A DNA stretch of 64,000 bases. It comes from Trichoplax adhaerens. Lineage: Eukaryota > Animalia > Placozoa. Position numbers and translations under genes: made by a program. Every line of letters starts with the position of its first letter. Position 1 is the stretch's first letter. This document shows, one piece after another, positions 40,701 through 53,329 of the stretch. The DNA is taken from positions 1,450,202 through 1,514,201 of the forward strand of contig NW_002060946.1 of assembly GCF_000150275.1 (NCBI RefSeq), in the 5' to 3' direction. The notes beneath the pieces were generated by a model. The model saw nothing but the letters and a program-made list of their open reading frames with translations, was not told the DNA's origin and searched no databases.

Positions 40701-43700
40701 GAGTATAAAATAGAAATAATTTAGTTATTTTTTAATCTATCGTATCTTATTTCCTTTTAACACTTTAGGTGAATGTCGAAATTTGCAAGATTTAAATTTA
40801 TCCGACTGTTACAACTACAATGTGCGTTAGATCAAATTTTAATTAAGGTCATGAATATGATCAAAATTTTATATTCTGTATCTACATATCTTATTGATAC
40901 TAGGACGAATTAATGCACTATATTGGAACTGGATGTAAAGTTCTCTTATATTTAAACTTATCACAATGTGATTTAACAGATGCAACGTTAAGATCACTAT
41001 CAAGGCAAGTCTACTGATTGTCTAAAGTACTGCAATGGATTGTTATATAGAAAAATAGTGTACAACTTATCAAATTTTCTCTATGAGTATCTATTCTTAT
41101 AAATAATTTATCGTAATTGTTACTATTAAAATATTCTAGATTTTGTACCAATTTACAATATCTGAGTATGGCCTATGTCAACACATTTTCGATCAAAGGA
41201 CTTCAATATTTAGCTGCTGGAAAAGGATGCCGAAAATTATCCTATTTAGATATATCAGGATGTACACAAGTAATTGCTTACTTTAGTACAGCTAATTAAA
41301 TACCAATATTTGTAATTTTCTCAATAGATATCATTGTTGATAAAAGTCAAGTGAAATATTTACCACTGTATCAAGCTAGGGCTTTAAGTTGCTTAAATTT
41401 TTGATTAATATAGGTAAATACGGATGGTATGAAATTTATCGCTGAATGTTGCCCATTTTTAAATACAATTTTACTGAACGATTTAGCATCTTTAAAAGAT
41501 GAAGCTATAATGGTAAATACATTTATAAGGCCATTAATTTACGTAAGATAGCATATCCTGATATAAAGTCTAGTAATCCTTAATTTATTACTTTAATAAA
41601 CATTTTAAACCGTTCAATTTTTGAACGGATTGTTACATATCCTAAATATAATGTTTTTAAATACATTTAAAGATATGATATTTATCTATGCAATTGTATC
41701 ATCATTACGAAAGATTATAGACTATGAGTTAATCTCTTATTTTATCGCATACTATTATTTCAGCAATTGGTTAATGGATGTCGTAACTTAAGAGCAATTT
41801 CACTACAAGGAACGAATTCTCTATCTGATCATAGTTTCCAATACATTTCCCAGCTTAAAAAATTACGAAAGCTTCGCATAGAAGGTAGTTATTAATACAC
41901 TATCTTAAATTGATTATTGCTGTTGCAATTTTATACTGAAATAGTACCGTATCTAATGTAGAAAATGATTTCATTTTCCTCTCGACAGTAAAATTATAAC
42001 CTTTGTATGAATATTTGCAATTCTAATTTTTAATCATGGACATACTGTCTAAATCTTTAGGAAATAACCTTATAACGGATACCTCCATTAAAGCTTTAGG
42101 AAGGAACTGCCTTGAATTAAATCATATTTATCTTGTCGATTGTCCAAGATTAACAGATTTATCAATCAAAGCCTTAGCACCCTGTCGACAATTAAACTAC
42201 TTAAATGTAGCTGACTGCGTAAGGTACAAATTACATTTTCACAAAAAAATTAAATATTTGTCATGAAAAATCGCAACAGCTTTAATGCACTTGCAATAAT
42301 AGTTTATTTTATGGATAAAATTTAATACTTCTTATATAGGATATCAGATACTGGTGTGCGTCATGTAGTAGAAGGTCCAGCGTCTTCCAAACTAAAAGAG
42401 CTTAATCTATCAAACTGTATAAGAATTAGCGATGTAACTCTACTTAGAATAGCACAAAGGTACTACCTTAATAAAGTTATAAGCTATATAAATGCTCTAA
42501 ATAGCTAAAGTAGAAAAAGGAGCAGAAAGAGAACTGGCAATTCTGTAAATTTTAAATCACATTTTTTCCCAGGTGTACAGAATTACAGCGGGCTAGTTTC
42601 TGTTTTTGTGAGCATGTCACAGATGCTGGAGCAGAACTTATGGGAGGGTTGTCCAATTTAGTTTCAATAGATCTATCAGGTTGCTTTATTCAAGATCAAG
42701 GCTTGATGGCTCTTGGCAACAATAGCAAATTTCGTAAGATTGATTTGGCTGAGTGTAGCACAATTTCAGATTTTGGTGTACAGGTGTGTGACTCTCTAGC
42801 TAATACTGTTCTTTAAATTTGTGAAAGACAAACTTTAATCACATATAAATTATCCTAACAATCCTTCGTTAAATTCTATATCTTAAGAGCACTATTGTTG
42901 AAAAATTAATGTAATGACTCAAGTAAATATAGATTTATTGTATTATTGGATCCTATAATTTTCATAATGTAAAATATTGGTAATACGATATCGTAATTTA
43001 AAGTAAGATTTAACGTGATAGTCATTACTTACACTGATAGCTGCCCCACTAAAATTGATAAGCAGTTCGTAATATAATTTTTACCTATATTTCTATAGTA
43101 CATATTATCACTATTTTATAAATACATTTTAACGTCTTTTTTCTGAGATTAATCTGATAGCGTAATTAATCTATCCAGTACTATTTGGATAATATGCTGT
43201 ATAATTTACATTCATGAGATGTAACTCATATAATTCTCAATTACAGAGGATGTGTCAACATTGCCGAGACTTACTGTCTTTGGACCTATCACACTGTGTA
43301 GTAAGTACTATATCTATCTAAATCAATTTTACTTAACTTCCAGATACGAACTTGCATTACATCGTAACGTAAAATCTGAAAATTCAATTTTAAACTAGTT
43401 AATAACCGATAACGCCGTTAAAAGCATAGCATTTTGCTGTCGACTTCTTAAATCGTTAAAATTAGGAGGTTGTTCACAGGTAAAAATGATCTTTATTTCT
43501 CAAATTTCTAATCAACAACCACCTAAACATAGCTAATAGGGTATAGATACTAGCTATTCTCTCTAAATTTGTTACATTATTTACAGCTAACTGATACCAG
43601 TGCCCAATATATATCTGGTGTATTGCGATACTTAGAAGAGCTGGATATGTCAGCGTGCTCCCATATAACGTAAGTTCATCAGATAGCGATAAAGGATAAT

Positions 43701-44041
43701 TGCTACTAAGGATTTAAAAATAACTTATTTATTTAATTAATTATTCATTCAATCATTCATTTCAGAGATAAATCACTGCGATACATCCGAAAAGGGTGTA
43801 AAAAGCTAAAGAAGTTAACACTCTTGTACTGTCGCAACATCACAAAGTACGCCAGCTTCTTCTTATTATATACAATTTCTAACACAATGATGTTGATTGT
43901 ACTTAGTTTAGCTAACGCAAGTTTTGAATAAACTTTGCTTTTAACAGAAGTGCTATAACAAAGGTACAAGCCACAGGAATAGAAGTTATTTATAGTACAG
44001 CTGATGCCTCTACATTCTTATCATCGAAACCGGACCGTTAA
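37713..44041 (+). CDS. FBXL13: F-box/LRR protein 13 (dynein regulatory complex subunit 6)
   Basis: MILPLQKKDPELWFYLKKHKMLALFE/CILSGLIVECPEDPKGFI (D/D-like domain), Trp-rich repeats, F-box LSLLPRALAIKIFSYLNPLDLARCAQACRNWKVITQANQLW, and many Cys-containing LRRs (ECRNLQDLNLSDC, GCRKLSYLDISGC, LKELNLSNCIRISD). TAA at 44039-44041. Confidence 0.9.
39407..39646 (+). other. U12-type GT-AG intron in FBXL13
   Basis: Donor GTATCCTA, with an in-frame TAA straight after it forcing the splice. Branch site TCCTTAAC at 39621-39628, 18 nt before the exon. The join reads ILIKWH/KWMKVR. Confidence 0.8.
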
Positions 44042-44251
44042 CTGTCTATACAAATACATATACATGTTTATACGAATATATCTTTATAGATACATACAAA
44101 TTAATGAGATACCTCACAAGAAAATGAAAATTTAAGCAAATTACGATTGTTATGATTATTTCATTCCATCGACCAAACTTTATTTCTGTCTTGCACAATA
44201 GCAAGACAATTGTAAATAAAAATACTTTAATAAAATTTGGATCAATTTTAT

Positions 44252-46824
44252 TCAAATTTCATCATTTTCCATCTTCTTCGACATCTATAGTGTATGAATA
44301 TGGTGTGACTTAAAAATAACAACGCTATAATAACATTACTACAAAATATAATGCACGCCCCAAAAGAAACAATTACCAGCTTCAGATACTCCACGAGTTG
44401 ACTAGCATTAACGTTGGAATTTGCCTCCGCGATGTCCTAAAAATTTACCAAGTAATAATATCATATTAATAAATATTTAGCTACCGTATAATAGGACGAG
44501 ATTGCAACCTTAAAATACTTCCTAACCTATATAACTATGCAAAACTTACCAGAGGTACTTTAGATCTTAGATATGGATTTGAAGCAATCCCATGAGAACC
44601 TTCAATGCATCTAAATATAACGATCTATCCGTATAACGGTAATAGCAAATTCTCAGATATCATACATATATACGTATGTTTAATATAAGGTACAGGTTAC
44701 AGTATTAGTTAAACCTGGATACGAGATTCTTGATCATCAATCGGACATTTAACCCTGTGGCCTGTGTCGGATTATCAGATAGACAATAAGGTTAGTACGA
44801 TAAAAAAAGTTCATCAGAAAATAACTCAAAAATGATTAAGTACAATTCAGACCTGCTAATGGTTGGCCGCTAGTTAATTCACTCCATTCAAATAATGCTG
44901 TATCAGTTAAAGTGTTGAATGGATTAAAGTCGACCAAAGTGATCGAATTCTAATACATTTAACAATATGAGTATCGTTAGTAGAACAATTTGCTAAAATA
45001 AATTATGCGTAAATCAAGATTATGAAAATTACCTTTTTTCTTCTATAAATATCTATAACATCTAAATTTTTTAAATAAAATAAAATATGATCACGTCGAT
45101 ATTACTGTTATGAAACTCTTAAACAACGCACAGTGTATTGAAAAATGCATAAGTACTAACAATTCGTTTCCGTAAATTTTTCCTTTATATTTTTATAAAA
45201 GAATTTTGCTATATCATGGCAACACTCTGTCATAGTAGTAACCATAAATGGATAATAGTTGGATATATCTCTTTGGCTAATCGCTGCATGAACAAAATTA
45301 ATAGGTTTGGTATCAAAATCTTTACATTCCTTTCTATATTGTTCATAAATTTTACATGCCTATAATGTTGCCATCGCGAATAAAACACCTGTATTCCATT
45401 CCACCAGAAACTTCTTGCCATTTTCTTAGTATAAGCTTCGGCGTAGTCGTATTGGGTAAAAATGAGTTGAATATTAGCTCAAGCGCTTTATTAATTACGA
45501 ACATAAAATTAACGAATAAGATAAGTAGTATTACCTCATAGCCAGAAAAATCTCCAGCAGGATTTTGGCAACCCTCAAAACTAAGATGACTAATAGTTAC
45601 ATCAACAGTAGTAAGCAAAGAGACACATTAGGCAACACTTACGGTTTCGTAAGATCGTGGCCAACACGATCAGAACTCTTTAACAACAATGTTATGTCTT
45701 GAAATGTTGAACATTGAAGTGTACCGTTATGTGAAATCCAAGCGGCGTCCTAAAACCAATTGATATAGAGTCAACTTTAAGTACGTTCACGGAATATTAA
45801 TCGTGAATTATAACAGTAAATAGTTAGACTAATCGGCGCTACAAATATCACACCATTGTAATACCTGAGGTGAACTCCAATTAAGTTTCGGAAATACATA
45901 ACCGCCGAGTTCTCGGATGTGTTGATTAACATCTTCTTCCAGTTTGGGAAAAGTAGGGATAGGCTATAACATTAAGCATAGAAAAGAATTTGTAACTACA
46001 CAGATACATGAGGATTTCCGATACTAAATATGAGCAGTGCTTACCGCTGTAGTATCTTCATCATCACTTGCATTATTCCACTTGGATAGCAGTTGAAGTG
46101 GCAAACATGTGATCGTTATATCCATTAACATTAAATTCATCCGTTATCATTTAGTCATAAGAGGATACTAATCACATCAATATTCCAAGCCGCATATTAC
46201 CTCATCGCTCAAGTCAGAATCAGATTCGTCTCCGCAGGTATAGCGTGTTGATGGTTGTGGGCAGCTAGGCAATGCAATTCATTAGAAATTGAGTAGCGTA
46301 ATCATAGATTACACAATTCCATTACTATAGTTTCAGCAATTTATCCTGTAAGTAACATACGCTTGAGGCAAAACCACACCGTCTGCATTGAGGTAATTAA
46401 TAAATTCAATAGGCAAAGGAACAACTCGGCTAATAATAACGAAGAAACAAGGATTAGTTTTCAGCATGTAGAATCTACTAAATCTCATTTAAAGTGAGTG
46501 ACAGGTGATATTATGATTAACTCGAGGCTTAGCTTCGTATCGTTTACTGCACTTTTATGAGTAAATGACGATACACAAAGTCTCCTCTTTACCTGGTAAT
46601 AGTTAATCTGCGAAATTTAGGATACCAAGACGAAAACGAACAATTTAATACCTATCAATCATGACAAATAGTCAAGATTATTAACGTTAAGGTAACTCAT
46701 AACCTTTCAAGCCCTATACATATCATCATTAAAGACAATTTAAAGTAACTAAAATAAAAGAAAGCTGAGTTTGTTGCAGCTCCAATCTACTGTCAAATCT
46801 TACATGCTGAGTTGATGTCTCCAT
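44252..46824 (-). CDS. CDC123: Cell division cycle protein 123 (D123, ATP-grasp eIF2 assembly factor)
   Basis: [25 protein letters not shown]; [20 protein letters not shown]; [13 protein letters not shown]; [22 protein letters not shown]; [21 protein letters not shown]. The last exon [10 protein letters not shown] is less certain. Confidence 0.92.
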
Positions 46825-47421
46825 TGACGTCAAAATGATCGAAATTCTTAGTCTATCCGGCAGTCTTGTTCTTCTTAAAAGGCTATCACGTAAATCCTAC
46901 AAGTTACTCTTCTTCTAAGGTAGGTATCGTTGATTCCAATATAATCGAGAGAGCTATTCGCTAATAAGGCTAGCAGCCATTTGGTTACCTTGGAACTGCA
47001 ATACGGTTGAAGCTCCACAAGGTCTGTAGTACTAGTACCGTAACCGTACCGATGCGATCTTACCTCTGTATAGTATACTATTCACGATCTTCAATTCTAT
47101 ACTAACATGATGTATATGGTTAGTGAATCCCTACTGTATATCAGGAATCTACAGTTCTACAGGAGTCAGCTGAGTGGTTGGCATAGCTGCAAAATGGAGG
47201 AGTAAATATTACAAATTATATGGATTATATAGGGCAAAAGCATTATAACTGGCATGGAAGCGACAGAAAAATAACCCTGTACGGAAGGTATGAGCTATAC
47301 TCGAAACATACTCGATATTTTAAACTGAAAGAAGCTAGAGAATACGAATCTTGAAGGTGCAGAAATCCACAGCTCAACAAGGAAATAACAGCTCGGACCA
47401 ACCTGCAATCTGTAATCAACT

Positions 47422-50400
47422 ATGGCTGATAATTCTGTTCTTTTTAAGGTAGCCATATTTATAACTGAAAATGCTATTAAGTATTATGATGTACAAGCTA
47501 TAGATTAAGATTCGATGCAGTTAGAGATAACATCATATCGTTACAGGATATTGCAAAAGGCTAGATAAAATTTAACCTTGTTACTCAGATGTTTGTATCC
47601 TTTCTTGTAGGGTTCTCCTCTACACCAATACTTGGAAGGTATTGTAGTAGCATTGATCAGATTTTTCTTCTAACATGATTGTAATGTTTTACTTTATATA
47701 ATATTTTGATGCTACCTCTATCATATCTTTAGGAATCGAACATGGTCAGCAACTTGACGTGGAGCCACGCTCATTAAGTAACCAGTCGAAGGTACAAGAA
47801 AAACAACATTCTAGATTGGCCGTTATTTATGTAAGTGATAGTTATTCTGCTATTCCTATCAATTCAAATCTTACGTGAAGTAATCCTTCCATTGCTGAAA
47901 TTACATTAGTATTATATCAAACTACTGTGGCTGGCACTACGGCATGAAAGCACCAAAAGACAGCAACAGTTACATAATAAATTGGTTAGTAAGTCGTGTT
48001 ATTATCTTGCTTATCCATCTTATTAATCACTTGATCAACTGCAAATTTAGATAGAAAATGGTAAATACACTTGCATAGAACTACTACTTAATAATGATGT
48101 TCTACTGGAGGAAGATGAAGATATTGTTAGGCAAATAAACTCAAACATATTTGATAATTTATATCTCAAATGGAATAAGGTAAATATCGACTATATTGAC
48201 CACATTTTACAGCATGTATAAGTGATCCATCCAATACGCCTATTTAGCAATGCATATTTACTATCATTTAAACTTATTATATATTTTAGGTGAAATGGAA
48301 TCAAGAAATTGAGAAGGAATCTATAAAGATTAGGCAAGTACTCTGCGTCTTGAAACCTTACCTCAGAAAGCATTTTAGCCTTGAAATTAGCAAAGCTCTT
48401 AGTTTGTGCTTTAAAAGTTAATTTAATAAACTACTTTCTGCAATAGAAATTTATACATTCGTTGGCTTTCTACCTGCTTTTCCATTGGTCTAGCCTGTGC
48501 AATTGCGTTATACTTTAAAAGCTCCTTATTTTTTGGAACCTTAGCAATCCTGTCCTTATCGACATTTGCCTTTCTTGTCCTGGGCTACTTTATCTATCGG
48601 TTGCTATGGGTAAGCTAAGCTTTCAGTACTTATTAGGAATAATAGAGTTCATAAAGTGAAATATTCTGTTACGATTTAACTTCCTAATGCGTACAAAACT
48701 TAAAAAATATTTAGCAGGAAAAATATACTAAAGTGGCGCAAGACCAAGATTTCACCACCTTAGAGAGTGCTATCAAAACTATCGAAAATTATATCGCATG
48801 CAGTAAGAAAGTCGTTCGATTCATTATGGAAATGGAAGTCATTTCTCGTGGATTTACACTGTAATTCAATAGAATAAATGTTCTCTCTTGAATTGCTAAA
48901 CTAGTCCTATCCGGATATAGGATCATTATTGTCACGCATCGAATGCGCTATTGAAATGAAAAATATTTTGCTTTACAGACTAGGTGATACTATACCACCT
49001 ATAACCCGAATTGAACTAAAATCCGATCGACGCCAGTGTAACCATCTGCGTCAAACTCTGTTTATGATATCTTTAAAACAGATTATTGCTATTCAAGAGG
49101 CAACTAATACTATTGTAAAAAGGTAACTATATTTAAATCGAATGTACTACTCTTAGATTTGTTTTCTTCCTTCATGCGTGATGTGTAATACATTGCATCT
49201 TACGTAAATATAACGACATTATTAGTATAAATACGCTGCTATCACTCAATATTAATTAGATATGGACTTGGAGCGAAACTGAATAATCTCGACATTTGCT
49301 GTCCTATACCTTTATGTGAATTGGGAATAGTGAAATCTGCTCAGGTTGTATAAATTCTTCTAGCTTATACGTTAAATGAAGAAATTTCTTCACTTCAGTA
49401 AGATTATAACGGGAAAGTTCATCAGTAGTCTTACAATGTATCAAAATAATTGTTTTACCGTAGAATGAATTACTTTCCTTAGAAGAATATCAAGAAAATA
49501 CTGACCATTTTTCCTTGCAATCAATAAAGGCAAGTTGGAATTAATACGGTCATTCATGGTACAATAAAGGCTAACATTTAATGTCGTTCCTATAGGCAAT
49601 GAGATCTCTCTGCTATAAGCAGTTTTCAGAATTCTTTTGTTGTTTGATACAAGCCTGTATAGTGTCAGGTTAGATCCGCGATTTTACTTTCCCTTTGAAC
49701 GCTTACTACTGTAAATACCATAACTCCATAATGATATTATACTGTCATCCTTACACATTGCAGACACTGCTCTACGTCAAATCTTTGCCTGGCGTATTAT
49801 TCATGAGTTGGTTGATAGCATAAAAACCTCATGCAAAGATCTGGCCGACTCTATGGAAACACAAAAATTAGCCTTCAGTGGTAAATATTATTTTGTAATC
49901 ACTTAGTAGTTGCATGTGTTCGCTGCTGGTAATAGTGCCCAACAAGAAATAAAGATAAAAATTAGCACCCCTTATAATTAATGTACTAGTTCGCTTATTA
50001 AATGCTGACACTGTATCGATTTCGACCTGTAGCTGCCAAAAATAGATTGTCAAGCAATTATAGTAGCGACAACCAAAGCAACACGGCACAAAGTCAGTTA
50101 AGCCAATCAATTAGGAACTTTCGTCTTCATCTTTTGGCTACTATTAACAGGTAGATTTTTTAGCCTGATAATGGTACCTACAATTTGATTTCCGTTTCAT
50201 AATGTAGTTAAATATATAAAAACATGCAAAAATCTTTATAATAATATAGATTAGAGCTGTTTGAAAAGTGTGTAAAGGCTTTTGATGATAATAAGGAGCA
50301 AATTAATTCAGATAATTCCGCAACGGAAGGTAGAATACATACCGTGTCAATATACTTGTACGATATACTGTGCAGATGAAAGGTGATGCTTACGTGAAGT

Positions 50401-51383
50401 AATTACATCAAACCTGGTATTGTCTTGATATAACCATTTAGGTCTGTATAATCAAATCACTATGGATATAAATTCAGCACGCGATTGCTGGAGTTTTGCT
50501 AAAACTACAGTAATGAAAATTCTAAACAAACCGATCGAAGACCCAGGTAGGATACCGGTGAATAGTTCTACAAATACGTTCGTAACTTTGAATATAAAGA
50601 ATTTTCTCTTGAATATCTGCCTGTAGAATCAAGAAGCCAACAAGATGGTAACGAAGAAACAGAAGGTACTTGACAATACAAAATTGCGATTACATTATAG
50701 GTAAGCTTAAAATAGACAGAATATATAAGTATATGAATTCTATAGTGGAAATCCCAACGGGACTCTCTTCAATTAATACTATCATTGCGGAAGAAAACGA
50801 AGACAAGGTAATGAGGAACTACTACACTTAAAGCTTCTGAAAAATCTTTAACATAATCTAAATCTTGTACACATATTGCTTGTCTATGCTATTTCAGGTT
50901 TACGAAGCTTACATAACGAAGAAAGATATGGTGTCTTTGCTAGAAGGGATTGATAATTCTGTTGAGGTAGGAAGATATGCAATTATTACAGTAGTAAGTT
51001 ACTCAAGTCTGATCGACGAACTGGTCGTATAATGTTGAATAATGTAGGATGTACAAAAAGAACAAATATCGAATACGGCATTAATGAATGAGCTGCAAAA
51101 TGTTTTAAGAGACCGAGTTGCTGAAAAAAATTCTCCAGCGTATGCTGTTACTGAGAAGGTTAAACGAGACTTCATTCCTGCCACAGAAAACAAACACTCT
51201 TATAATAATGAACGAGACAGATGTTTGGTTAATATCTTTTCTGGTACCGCATCAAGTGACGATTTATTAACAAATTCTAAATTGATATCATCTATAAATG
51301 CTATCCATGATGGCGGTGCATTTACGATCAAACAAGACATCATTGGGGACGAATCGGATGACGAAACAAACTCTACGGATTAA
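47422..51383 (+). CDS. VEZT: Vezatin
   Basis: MADNSVLFK/GSPLHQYLE; VLLEEDEDIV; two hydrophobic TM segments; KKVVRFIMEMEVISRGFTL; PPITRIE..RRQCNHLRQTLF; ENTDHFSLQSIKA; LRSLRLHLLA; C-terminal QDIIGDESDDE. Confidence 0.88.
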
Positions 51384-53329
51384 TGAGACTGTCATATATT
51401 ATTTCTTGTTTCTTATCACTTTTATTTATAATTGAATATTCCCTTACAAGAACCACGAACGTTATATCAATTTTACCCTGTTTATGGCACTGCACTGCAA
51501 TTTACAAACACATGTTATATAACCTTCGAATTTAGCAGTTGAATCCTGATCGTTTTTTATTTTTCATGTATACAGATTGAAGACTAATGTATTTATTTTT
51601 AAATAATCTAAGATTATATTGTTGTTTTTACTAAAATTGAGTACAATAGAGTCCGCTGGATTTAATTTATGTAAAATGTTTCGAAATTGCAGTTGAATCA
51701 TTACGTAGTAATCGGCAGCCCTGCATGACTGGATTGCCACTTTAAACTGATTTAACATTATAGGTTCAATATTTAAGAGTAATTACGATGTAACATGGCT
51801 TGAGATCTTTAGCATGGTGAAAGTTGATTGATTTATTGACAAATTTTTTTGCTAGCACCTTGAGTAAGATGGATATATTGAGCGTTGTATCATCGATCTT
51901 ACTCGATAACCTAAAATTACAACCTGTAAAGACTTAAAATAAACGGATAAATCTGTAAAGGTCCACTTCATGCAACGTCGCTTTATTATTGATTAGACTA
52001 TAGAAGTGTCTTGATTCATATCTGCGTAGTACCTCGTCAGATTATGCGTTTTAATATCATATTCGATAGCCTTTATTCACAGTAAACAGCTACTGCCTAG
52101 AATTTTAACTCTTGCTTAGATGCTTATTCATTAATTTTTGGATTACAGAATCAACGTATAACTATCATATTGAATGAAATGTAGCTAAGCCAACTCAAAT
52201 GCTGTGTATTTTAAATATTAGGCACACTCATACATAAATAGGGTTATACTGATTAGACTCATAGAGCAATTTTTCGCACAAGGGCGTCGTAATACGGCTT
52301 CTAACTACTAGATGAATCCCATAGTTAGAATAATTCAGTTAATTAAAGGGTTCCAGTTCTGAGAATTTTGCATAGTATGAAATATTTTAGCGTACAGAAG
52401 TTATCCCAGGCATATACAAAGGCTACATTTGTAATGATAGGACTGCTCAGGGAGGCTTTTTAACCTTAAATAGTATTCTGACATAGCCTTAAACTGTTAG
52501 ATCAAAGCTTTTCTCGGGTGATTTCATGGGAGAATATAACATTCTGAAACTACTTGTACACTGTACTCATGAACCCCTAGACTACAAATTTTATTATATA
52601 ACCATTCCTATACAATGCAGAATGACAGAAAGTAAGAAGGATATAGATATCGACTCTAGTTTAAAAATCTTTGACTTCTATAATCCATTACCAACAATAT
52701 TAATAATACAAGTCTAAACGCGAAGTTTTTACGTTAATCGATAAATAGGCCACAATCTTCCAATTTTAAAATCCTGAACAATCCGCGTATGTTTACACAA
52801 TCACTAATTTGATATATATATATACATGATACGAATTTAAACCGCAGAATTATACATATAATAACATTTAACATAGGTGTATATCCTGTCATACGCGTAT
52901 ATGTTAAAAAAGATCGAAATAAAAAGTCTTAAATTGCATGTAAACAGAAAGTTCCGCATTGAAGTGCGATATTAAAAGTCAAACATCGGATAACCTATGT
53001 TAATATTTTTAGGGTCGTTATTTTAATATAATTTCAGAGAAATCCAATCTAAGTAAAAACGAATTTGAAATAAGAAATAAAACGTTTAATTTAATTTAAT
53101 ATCTTGGACTTAGATTGAAGGGGTAAAATCCATTCTAAAGCAGCAATAATTCCATCCTAATACCAATACCACCAGAATAATAGTAGAAATCCTTCAACCT
53201 ATTGCAACCTATCAGTAAGATCAAAAACTCTTGATTATTTCAAGATCAATGAGGATAATAACTTTCAATAAAGAAATGCAAGAGGAACGTAAAGAGATAT
53301 ATCACTATTCCCCTCATAGTTTGATTATT

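Noticed and set aside
46825-46832. CRE palindrome TGACGTCA next to the CDC123 ATG
   Set aside because: It abuts the start codon and recurs in introns and repeats (near 422, 13299, 13645 and 36104), so there is no positional support.
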